Assembly: GCA_938005315.1 (NCBI GenBank)
Contig: CALLOB010000049.1
Location: forward strand, 5,978 to 69,977
DNA length: 64,000 nucleotides
From: an uncultured Phycisphaerae bacterium
GTDB lineage: Bacteria > Planctomycetota > Phycisphaerae > UBA1845 > PWPN01
Reading direction: 5' to 3'
In this document: positions 56,575 through 64,000 of the stretch, in pieces
Numbering within the stretch: the stretch's first letter is position 1
How the letters are laid out: each line of letters opens with the position of its first letter
Program-made: the position numbers and the translations under genes
Notes under the pieces: model-generated
What the model was told of the DNA's origin: nothing
The model's database searches: none
Seen by the model: only the letters and a program-made list of their open reading frames with translations

Positions 56575-56684
56575 TGGGAGGAGGATGGTGTTCCTGGCGC
56601 GCAGCCTGACGGCCCGCGCGATTGCATTTCGCAGCTTGACTCGAGCGTGGAGACGATCAGGACAGCAGGCCGCGTCAGGCCGCC

Positions 56685-56933
56685 TTATGAGCGGCTCAGC
56701 GCCTCCTGAAGGTCCGCCAGGGCGTCTTCCCTAGCCAGGAAAGGCCCGGCTACTTCCGGACGCACCAGGCTGACCGAAGAGCCTCCGCTCCGGGTGAACA
56801 CCTGCTCCGGCGAACGCAGCGGAAACCGGCCGTAACTGTGGTACCAGCCCGAGCAGCCCTCCGGGACGCCCGGCTCAGGCTCTTCGAAGTAGGCGATGCA
56901 CTCGTACAGCTTGTCCGGTGAGATCGAAACCAT
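56685..56933 (-). CDS. Small hypothetical protein (82 aa), weakly antitoxin-like C-terminus
   Basis: ATG lies 6 nt after GAGGA. MVSISPDKLYECIAYFEEPEPGVPEGCSGWYHSY...AREDALADLQEALSRS. No confident family. Confidence 0.4.
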   Translation of the reverse strand: MVSISPDKLYECIAYFEEPEPGVPEGCSGWYHSYGRFPLRSPEQVFTRSGGSSVSLVRPEVAGPFLAREDALADLQEALSRS

Positions 56934-57374
56934 GGTCATTCCTCGCTTCACGCGAACCGGCGGTACCAATTGAGCCCCATGCAGCCGGCCGGGAGGTCGG
57001 GCGCAACGTGCCCCTCTCGCCGTCGGCGTACTTGTGGACCCCTCTTGGCGCCGTGCGGCTCAGCCCGCGATCGCGAAGTGCAGGCGAGAGGCTGAACGCT
57101 CGGCTGGGAATGGTGTAGGGTTCCATTATTCACGCTCGATCCGGATCCCTGCCATGGCCGTACCGCGTGGCTGGCAAGGTCGCGGATCCTACCTCTTATC
57201 GTCTTATTACCCTGATCCGCCCCCGCAGGTTCAGGCCCAGCGGCTTGGCCGCGGGGGCTTGTGCATCGGCGGGGGTTCTGCCAGGTTCCCCCTTTGCCAA
57301 ACGCTAGTGTATTGTACGCCAGCGCCTATGGCATCGTCAAACGGGCCGCCATCGACCCAAAGCATAGCAGTCAT

Positions 57375-57500
57375 GCGCTAAGTGCTTTATGTCAAAACAT
57401 TTAAAATCGGTTAATCGCCGCCTTGGGCAAGGCGGAAGGCCGTCTTTTGTGATTAGAGGATTTGATGCATCAATGAATACATCATAAGGTCCAATAATAG
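57375..57500. other. AT-rich segment (low-GC islet core)
   Basis: CTTTATGTCAAAACATTTAAAATCGGTTAATCG...TTTGTGATTAGAGGATTTGATGCATCAATGAATACATCATAAGGTCCAATAATAG is strongly atypical for this window. Confidence 0.9.
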
Positions 57501-57549
57501 CGGCGACCGGTTGCCTGCTCACTACCGCCGGGGACGGCCCGCAGGCCGT

Positions 57550-58560
57550 TCAGCTCAGGCGGTGCAGCTCGGCCAGCCGGCCGGGGCTCTCGGGCTGGCC
57601 GGTTCGGGCGGAGAGGTACAACGTCTGCATGACCGCCAGCGTCGGCAGGTGGTGCCGCAGCGTGGAAAGGATTCGGGCGTTGCTCCGCAGGGCGCTGAGG
57701 AATTCCTCCACCTGCGGCAGCAGCAGCATCGTCGGCCGCTCGTAGCGGGCGGTTTCGGTCTGGCCGGATCGGTCGCGGACCACGACGGTCCGCTCATCGA
57801 CGTGGACGGTTCGCGCAAGGGCGTGCAGATCGACGTGCCAGGCGTTCGGGCCGGTCGTCCAGCAGCATGTGATGGCCGCGATGCCGCCGCCGGGAAAGTG
57901 CAGGACACAGGTCGCGGCGTCCTCGGTGTCATAGGGAAAGCGCGTGCCCGGACGCGACGCCCGCCCGGCCGCCGCGTAGACCGTGGCGGGCATGCCCATC
58001 ACCTGCAGGATGGTGTCGATCAGGGCGTAGCCGTGGTCCAGCAGCACGCCTCCACCGGCCCGCACCGAATCGCCGCGCCAGTCGAGGTCCTCCTGCAGGC
58101 AGGTCATGCTCGAACCGGTCGCCAGGAAGACGCGGTTGCCCGGCTGGAGGTCCAGGGCGTCCGGCTGCAGCGACGGCTCGATGCCCCAGGCCCGCGACAC
58201 CACGATCGGGCAGTCGGCCTGCTCGAAACGCTCCAGGATCTCGGCGGCTTCCTCCAGCCCGCGGGCCGGCGGGGTCAGCATCCAGACCGGTAGCCGCCGC
58301 TCGGCCGCCAGGGCGAGGTACTTGCCGCGCTGGAAGGGCGGCACGGCCACGAAAAGGGCGTCCAGCTGGGTGGAGACGATCAGCGAGCGGTAGTCGTCGA
58401 AGGCCGCCACGCCGGGGTGGCGGTCGGTGAACTGTTCCAGGGGCCTGGTGGCAGTATGGGCGACGGCGACCAGCTGGCACCAGTTGCTGCGCAGCAGGGC
58501 TTCGGCCAGCTGCAGCCCGCCGCGTCCCATGCCCATCAAGCCGACCCGCATCGTGGCCAT
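57550..58560 (-). CDS. Gfo/Idh/MocA-family oxidoreductase
   Basis: MRVGLMGMGRGG Rossmann start, AVAVPPFQ..., GGGVLLDHGYALIDTI. Confidence 0.7.
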   Translation of the reverse strand: MATMRVGLMGMGRGGLQLAEALLRSNWCQLVAVAHTATRPLEQFTDRHPGVAAFDDYRSLIVSTQLDALFVAVPPFQRGKYLALAAERRLPVWMLTPPARGLEEAAEILERFEQADCPIVVSRAWGIEPSLQPDALDLQPGNRVFLATGSSMTCLQEDLDWRGDSVRAGGGVLLDHGYALIDTILQVMGMPATVYAAAGRASRPGTRFPYDTEDAATCVLHFPGGGIAAITCCWTTGPNAWHVDLHALARTVHVDERTVVVRDRSGQTETARYERPTMLLLPQVEEFLSALRSNARILSTLRHHLPTLAVMQTLYLSARTGQPESPGRLAELHRLS

Positions 58561-58667
58561 GACCTCGGCAGTGCCCTCCGTGGTGGGCCCCGGCCAGTGT
58601 AGTCTCGGTTCGCGAAGAAGTCATGTCGGTGGCCGGTGCAACGCGTCGGGGTCCTGTGGCGGCCCGA

Positions 58668-60326
58668 TCACTCGAAGTCGATGGCGAAAAGGCTGGCCCG
58701 ATCGAGCCGGAAGCGCAGCATGATCGGCGTGCCGGGCTCGATTCCCAGGTCGGACTGGCCTTTCCAGGTGACCGGCGCCCGGAACAGGTCGCCGAACAGA
58801 TCGTCGGCCTCGGCGAACGAGCGTCCCGGGAGCGGTTGACCGTTGAGGTCCGCGACCTCGACGGCCAGGCGGCCGGCGCGGAGGATATCGGCGTTCACCA
58901 GCATCCGGCGACCCGGGGCCAGAAAGGCCACCGTGCTGAACTCGCCCAGCCCCTGGGCCTCCAGCGCGACCAGCCGGCCTCTGGGCCAGACCATGTAGCC
59001 GGTGGCGAACCGGAACTGCCCGCGCGGGTACTTATGCGGCACGTCGTAGCCGGTGTAGGGCAGCGCGAAGCTGCCGTCGGGGAGTTCGACCAGATTCGGC
59101 CGCGCGAACACGCATCCGCCGTCCCAGGTGCCGAACGGCGCCGTTCGGAAGACCTCCCTGTCCGGAAGGCAGCTCCAGACGAACCCGTCATGGCTGGAGG
59201 CCATCACAATCGTGGTGGAGTCGTCGCCCTGATGCCAGACCGATGGAAACATCACATGGGACCACGGAGCCCCGGGGATGGTGGTGCGGCCGTTGGTGTA
59301 CAGCACGTCGGAGGGGGCCATATCGGCTCCCGGCACCAGTATCGGCCGACTGACCGGAAAGCTCCGGAAATCCGGGCTTTCGGTGCGGCCGATCGATCTC
59401 CGCCCGACGTTGTAGAACGCCGCCCCGCCGGCGGGGGCGTTGACTGCCCGCGGTTCGATCATCCAGCAGCGGGTTTAGATGACGTAGCGCCGCAGCCGCA
59501 CGTCGTAATATGCCGTGATCTGCGTGTCGCTGTGCTCGACCGACAGCGGTTCAGCAAGGCGGTTCCAGCGGAAGCCGTCGGGTGAGGTGAGTCCGCGTAT
59601 GTGAAAGGCGGCGCCCACGTCCTCCCGCCAGGCCAGCGGCTCCCATCGGTCCGGAGCCCGCTGCCTGAACGCCTCGGAGTCCTCGCGGCTGAAGCTCTCC
59701 AGCGTGACCAGCTTGTAGCGTTCCTCGGCCGGGGCCGACGGATCGATGAACACCGTTCCCTCGCCGAAGTTGATGTGGGCCTGAGGGTCGCCGTCTACTT
59801 CGAACCGCACGTCGCGCCGCCTCCAGGCCCGGCCGTCGGCGGATTCGTGGTACACGAGGTGTCTGTCCCTGCCGATGGTCTCGAACCCCCAGGCCTTGTA
59901 CACGTCGGCGTCCTTCAGAAGCGTCGTGATGGCCACGCCTCCGGCCGTTCCCGGCGGAAGGTCGTCCCGCCGGAAGATCGGCCCTTCGCGGACCGCCGGT
60001 CGGGCGGCCAGGCGGATGCCGAACGGATGGTTCCCGCGCCTGAAGCGGGCTTCCGTGGGGCCCTGGTTGCCCGAGACCGACACGCCCTGGCCGTGTTCAT
60101 CGACCCAGGCGAACTCGCCGGGCCGGACGTACTGCCACGTGGTGAACACCAGCCGCTTTCCGCCGAGTTCGTATGGCTCCCCGAGGGGCTGTCGCCCGGT
60201 GTCGGCGTGACCCACGTTGGCCGGCCCCTCGGCCGCGAGACGACCGGCCGATCCGCCGGTCGCGCAGACCGCAGCCGCCAGCAGGCATGCGCCGATCCAT
60301 CGTTGCGTCATGACGGTCCACTCCAT
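58668..60326 (-). pseudogene. Beta-propeller glycosidase-like gene split by an in-frame TAA at 59475-59477
   Basis: The upstream part (track 59475..60419; signal peptide MTQRWIGACLLAAAVCA) and the downstream part (58668..59462) are in the same frame, reading ...RYVI*TRCWMIEPRAV.... SxDGxxW-type blade motifs are spread over both halves: SADGRAW, SPDGFRW, SPDFRSF, SHDGFVW. Confidence 0.55.
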
Positions 60327-60441
60327 GTCGGCGTTTCGGCGGCCCGCCGGTCGCCGTGCGGCATGCTTGCGGCGGGTCGGCGGCAGTGTAAGCTCGCGCC
60401 GCGCGAAGACCAATCTCATGGGACGGATCGCCGATGCCTGG

Positions 60442-62451
60442 TCAGCCCGGGGCGGTGATGTGCCAGGCCCGGATCAGTTCGGCCACGCTCCAGGCCTGGG
60501 CGATGCAGCCCCGCGGGGTATGCGGCGGGTCGCCGTCGAACATCTCGCTGATCTGGCCCAGGCCGGCGGTCTCCAGGTGCAGGATCAGCGGCTCGAGCAG
60601 TTCCCGCATCCGCCGGCGGGCCTCGCCGGTGAAGCCGTGCACCCGAAGGTAGGCCTCGACATAGGGGCCCATCAGCCACGCCCAGACCGTGCCCTGGTGG
60701 CAGGCCCGGTCGCGCTCGAACGGATTGCCCTCGCAGCGGCCCTGGTAGGACGGGTGGCCTGGGGCCAGCGTTCTCAGGCCGTAGGGCGTCAGCAGCGTGC
60801 GGGTGACGGCCTCCAGCACGCTGCGCTGCTGCTCGGTGCTGAGCGGCGAGTGTTCCAGGCTGACCGCCAGGATCTGGTTGGGCCGCATGGCCATGTCTTT
60901 CCAGCCGTCGCGATCCACGTCGTACAGGCAGCCGGCCTCGCCGTTCCAGAAGACCGAGAGAAACGCGCCCCGGACCTGCGAGGCCAGCTGCCGCAGGCGG
61001 GCGGCGCGCTCGTCGTCCCGGCCGTCGGCGCGGCGGGCCAGCAGGCACAGGCCGTGGTACCACAGGGCGTTGATCTCCACGGCCTTGCCGTGGCGCGGCG
61101 TGAACACCACATCGCCGGCCTTGGCGTCCATCCAGGTCACCTGGTTGTAGTGGTCGCCGCAGGCGACCAGTCCGTCGTCCTCCACGCGGATGTTGAAACG
61201 CGTGCCGCGCAGGAAAGCCTCGACGATGCGTTCGCACACCGGCTCGAACCGCTCCGCCCAGACGTCGGGGCGGTCGGCCGCCGTGCAGCAGGCATCCGCG
61301 GCATGGATGAACCACAGGGTGGCGTCCACGCTGTTGTAGTCGCGGCCCTCGCCGTAGTCGCTGAAGCGGTTGGGAATCAGGCCGTCCCGTTCGGCGGAGG
61401 CGAACACCTCCAGGATCTGCATGGCCTCGGCCGGGCGTCCGGTTTCCAGCAGGAGCCCGGGCAGGGCGATGAACGTGTCTCGCCCCCAGTCGCCGAACCA
61501 GTGATAGCCGGCCAGGATGGTGGGCAGTTCGGTCTGCCGGGGCGTCCGCCGCCGGACCACGAAGGCTCCGGCCGCCTCCCGCAGACGGCTTTCCACGCTG
61601 CGCGTCGAGACGGCCGGGGTGTCCGACAGCGGAGGTGGCGGCTCCGGCAGGTTGTCCATCGCCGCCCCGAACGCGGCCACCGCCCGCAGCGTGATGTCGA
61701 TCGAGCCGCGCCCCGATGCCCGGAACCAGCCGGGCACGAACAGGTCCTCCCGCGATTCCAGCCCCCGGGCCGCCTCCTCGCGGTACAGCAGGCCGTACCA
61801 CCAGTCGCTGTGGCCGTCGAACTGGGCGGAAGCTCCGCCGTCGTTGCGGACGGTGGTCAGCCACAGCCGCGGACCGTCGGCGTAGGCGTCCAGGGCGATC
61901 CAGCCGCCGATCTCCCTCATGCCGTAGGTGCCGGGAAACGCCCGGGTCAGCGAATGGTAGTCGCGTAGCGGGGTGAACGGGCCGACGTGGAGCATGACGT
62001 CCTCTTCCGGGTCGGCGCTGAGCTCATACCGCACCAGCACCTCGTCCCGCCCGTGCGGCAGCATCACCTGCTTGACCAGTCGCACGCCGTCGGCCTGGTA
62101 GACGAACCGGGCCCACGGCAGCGGCGCGCGGTTGCAGGTCGAGAAGGACTGCAGGTGGCGGAACCCCTGCGGGTCGAAGGCGTGCGGAAACTCGAACGCG
62201 CCGAACGCGTGGAAGCGGCCGCCGACGATGCCGCGCTCCAGCGTGGCCGAGAGCATCACCCAGCGTTCCAGCGGCGGACGGGCGGCGGCCACCAGCAGGC
62301 CGTGGTAGCGTCGGGTGGGCACGCCCAGCACCGTTCCGGAGGCGTATCCGCCCCGGCCGTTGGTCAGGAGCCACTCGCGGCGGATCTCCAGGTCCGGGTC
62401 CAGGGGCGGCCCGTCGGTCTGCTGCTGCATCTCGCCGGGGTCGGTCATCAT
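60442..62451 (-). CDS. Glycogen debranching enzyme (GDE N-terminal domain plus amylo-alpha-1,6-glucosidase six-hairpin)
   Basis: EWLLTNGRGGYASGTVLGVPTRRYHGLLV, ILAGYHWFGDWGRDTFIAL, DATLWFIHA, VTWMDA...PRHGKAVEINALWY. Confidence 0.78.
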   Translation of the reverse strand: MMTDPGEMQQQTDGPPLDPDLEIRREWLLTNGRGGYASGTVLGVPTRRYHGLLVAAARPPLERWVMLSATLERGIVGGRFHAFGAFEFPHAFDPQGFRHLQSFSTCNRAPLPWARFVYQADGVRLVKQVMLPHGRDEVLVRYELSADPEEDVMLHVGPFTPLRDYHSLTRAFPGTYGMREIGGWIALDAYADGPRLWLTTVRNDGGASAQFDGHSDWWYGLLYREEAARGLESREDLFVPGWFRASGRGSIDITLRAVAAFGAAMDNLPEPPPPLSDTPAVSTRSVESRLREAAGAFVVRRRTPRQTELPTILAGYHWFGDWGRDTFIALPGLLLETGRPAEAMQILEVFASAERDGLIPNRFSDYGEGRDYNSVDATLWFIHAADACCTAADRPDVWAERFEPVCERIVEAFLRGTRFNIRVEDDGLVACGDHYNQVTWMDAKAGDVVFTPRHGKAVEINALWYHGLCLLARRADGRDDERAARLRQLASQVRGAFLSVFWNGEAGCLYDVDRDGWKDMAMRPNQILAVSLEHSPLSTEQQRSVLEAVTRTLLTPYGLRTLAPGHPSYQGRCEGNPFERDRACHQGTVWAWLMGPYVEAYLRVHGFTGEARRRMRELLEPLILHLETAGLGQISEMFDGDPPHTPRGCIAQAWSVAELIRAWHITAPG

Positions 62452-62580
62452 AGCGCGTCCGGTTCCGCAGCGTCCGCGCCGGCTCGCGGCCCGGAACCTC
62501 CGCGGGCCGCTCGCCGGCCTGTCATCGATGCCCGCTTTCCCCCCGGTATCGTTTCGCGCCGCGAACGGCGCGATCGGCGG

Positions 62581-63876
62581 TCAACGTGCGTCCAGCGTGC
62601 GAAGGCTCTGCAGCCGCTCGCGCAGCCGCGAACCGATCCGCAGCCGCAGGTGGTCCAGCACGTTCATGAAGTTGATGTAGGAGTCGTACGGCGATTCGTA
62701 CGGGTTGAAATACCGGTGGACGACGCCGTCGCCGTAGTGCTTGGTGCACATGTAGTAGAAGTGGTCCGAGGTCTGCAGCAGCCGCCAGTCGTGCAGGATC
62801 TTCGGATCGCCGGCGGTCTTGACCTCGCGCTCCAGGCGGTACAGCTCGTGCAGGGCGTTGGACTGCATCGCGTTGCCCAGCCAGGCCGAGAGATCGCGTT
62901 CCGAGTCCGCCCAGCTGATCATGTGCGGCACGTCGTAAATCCCGCCCGGCGGACAGGACGCGGCCACTTCCGACGGCGTCTTGAAGTCGTTGTCCCGGCG
63001 GGCGAGGATCTCGTCGGGAAGGCTTTTGAGGAACTCGAAGATGCCGGTGTCGGCCCACTGGTGCTCGCCGAAGGTCTCGTAGTCCATGAACAGGTTGACC
63101 ACGGTGCCGCTGCCGTTGACCCGGGTGATCCAGTCGGCGTACTTCGCGGCGGTCAGCGGGTATTCCGGCCAGTCGCGGTTCGAGAATCGGAAAGCCACGT
63201 CGTCGGTCAGCCGGTAGTTCCGCAGCAGCAGCACGACCTTGCTCGACTCGTGGCAGCGGTAGGGCACGTTCGGCGTGCGCCCGCCCAGGGCCTGATCGAC
63301 CCCCTCGCAGAGGATCGCCTTGTAGCCCATCCGCTCCACGAAGTGGGCCATGTCGTTGTTGTAGATCAGCTCGGTGTTGCGGAACACCCGCGGTCGGACG
63401 TCGAACAGCCGCTCCATGCACTCCACGTGCTTGCGGACCTGCTCGACGAACTCGTCCCGCGAGTACAGGAAGCTCAGCGAGTGGTAATACGTCTCGGCCA
63501 GGAACTCCACGCAGCCGGTCTCGGCCAGCTGGCGGAACAGGTCCAGCACTTCCGGGGCGTGACGCTCGAACTGCTCGATGATCGAGCCGGTCAGGCTGTA
63601 AGCCACGCGGAAGCGGCCTTCGTGCTTCCGGATGAGGTCCAGAATGATCCGCGTGGCCGGCAGATAGCACTTGTGGGCCACCTTGCGGCAGATCTCGCCG
63701 TTGCGGTACTCGTCGAAGTAGCGGCTGTCGCGGTCGAAGATGCTGTAGCGGCGCAGACGGTGCGGCTGGTGCAGCTGGAAGTACAGGCATACCGTCGGCA
63801 CGGGTACCGCCCTCCGGACCGCCCGGCGCGGCGGAAACGCCAGGCCGCCACCGGACGGTGTGAACGCGCGGGCCAT
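62581..63876 (-). CDS. GH57-family alpha-glucan enzyme (alpha-amylase/glucanotransferase-like)
   Basis: CLYFQLHQPHRLRRY, KCYLPA, FLAETYYHS, FRNTELIYN, NLFMDYETFGEHQW. The true start may be the GTG at 63801 (giving MPTVCLYFQ...). Confidence 0.8.
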   Translation of the reverse strand: MARAFTPSGGGLAFPPRRAVRRAVPVPTVCLYFQLHQPHRLRRYSIFDRDSRYFDEYRNGEICRKVAHKCYLPATRIILDLIRKHEGRFRVAYSLTGSIIEQFERHAPEVLDLFRQLAETGCVEFLAETYYHSLSFLYSRDEFVEQVRKHVECMERLFDVRPRVFRNTELIYNNDMAHFVERMGYKAILCEGVDQALGGRTPNVPYRCHESSKVVLLLRNYRLTDDVAFRFSNRDWPEYPLTAAKYADWITRVNGSGTVVNLFMDYETFGEHQWADTGIFEFLKSLPDEILARRDNDFKTPSEVAASCPPGGIYDVPHMISWADSERDLSAWLGNAMQSNALHELYRLEREVKTAGDPKILHDWRLLQTSDHFYYMCTKHYGDGVVHRYFNPYESPYDSYINFMNVLDHLRLRIGSRLRERLQSLRTLDAR

Positions 63877-63952
63877 TATAGCGCGCCGCCATCGGCCTTC
63901 AACACCGCCGCCAGGCGGGCGGAGCGGGCTTCTTTCGCCCCGCAGGCCGCCG

Positions 63953-64000
63953 GGAGGGCCCCGCTCTGTCGGGGCCGCAAAACAGGGCGGACGCGACGGC
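63953..64000. repeat. REP-like composite element, truncated by the window end
   Basis: GGAGGGCCCCGCTCTGTCGGGGCC (63953-63976) is followed by GGACGCGACGGC (63989-64000). These are the same two palindromes as at 9081-9150. Confidence 0.85.

Noticed and set aside
56474-56734. Plus-strand ORF with a GGGAGGAGG sequence directly abutting an ATG at 56585
   Set aside because: The RBS-to-ATG spacing is essentially zero and the product is Arg/Ala/Ser-rich. It also overlaps the 3' end of the better-supported minus-strand ORF. The purine-rich run is more likely part of the hairpin region.
57337-57522. 61-aa GTG-initiated minus-strand ORF across the AT-rich core
   Set aside because: It has no RBS and no recognisable family, and it is an ORF expected by chance in AT-rich DNA of this length. 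It is kept only as context for the low-GC islet finding.

Overview
This is a GC-rich bacterial chromosomal window, roughly two-thirds G+C by eye, with about 50 protein-coding genes. I recognised no rRNA, tRNA, CRISPR array or transposase. All calls rest on reading the supplied translations and the DNA; no homology search was possible.

The gene content suggests Planctomycetota, possibly Phycisphaerae-like, but that is inference only. It includes a secretin, several prepilin-type N-terminal proteins, Tat-signal Gfo/Idh/MocA oxidoreductases, a GT3 glycogen synthase, YfhO, and many glycoside hydrolases and sugar kinases.

**Housekeeping genes:**
- rsfS
- rpmI-rplT
- truA
- rpmA-obg-coaX and an mnmE-like gene
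- hpt
- ruvCAB
- cysS
- ispF
- htrA
- an LptD-like outer-membrane protein

**Sugar and glycan genes:**
- GH78-like, GH130, GH57 and a GDE-type debranching enzyme
- GT3 glycogen synthase and a GT4 glycosyltransferase
- two SDR epimerases and a nucleotide-sugar dehydrogenase
- a PfkB kinase, ribokinase with a DMT sugar porter, and ribulokinase

**Most interesting locus (1-7040):** a secretin operon sits divergent from a translationally coupled four-gene minor-pseudopilin operon (GspH/J/I/K-like). In that operon all three tip-type subunits carry extra C-terminal modules:
- the J-like subunit carries about 400 aa with two EF-hand-like loops;
- the I-like subunit carries a PKD domain;
- the K/PilX-like subunit carries a CBM4/9-like carbohydrate-binding module.

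All three class-III signal peptides have Ala, not Gly, at position -1. I read this as a candidate glycan-binding fibre or pseudopilus.

**Other points worth a second look:**
- a dispersed family of GC-rich palindromic (REP-like) elements in three intergenic clusters
- a low-GC islet (56.2-57.5 kb) that truncates a beta-helix gene and carries small ORFs that may be HicA/HicB-like
- two disrupted genes, one by a frameshift and one by an in-frame TAA
- a Ser/Thr kinase with a T2SSE_N/MshEN-like N-terminus
- an MnmE-like GTPase without the C-terminal CxGK motif
- a perfect 15-bp x3 repeat inside fliA
- an orphan intrinsic terminator in a 660-bp gap

The many long antisense ORFs in the track are treated as high-GC artefacts.
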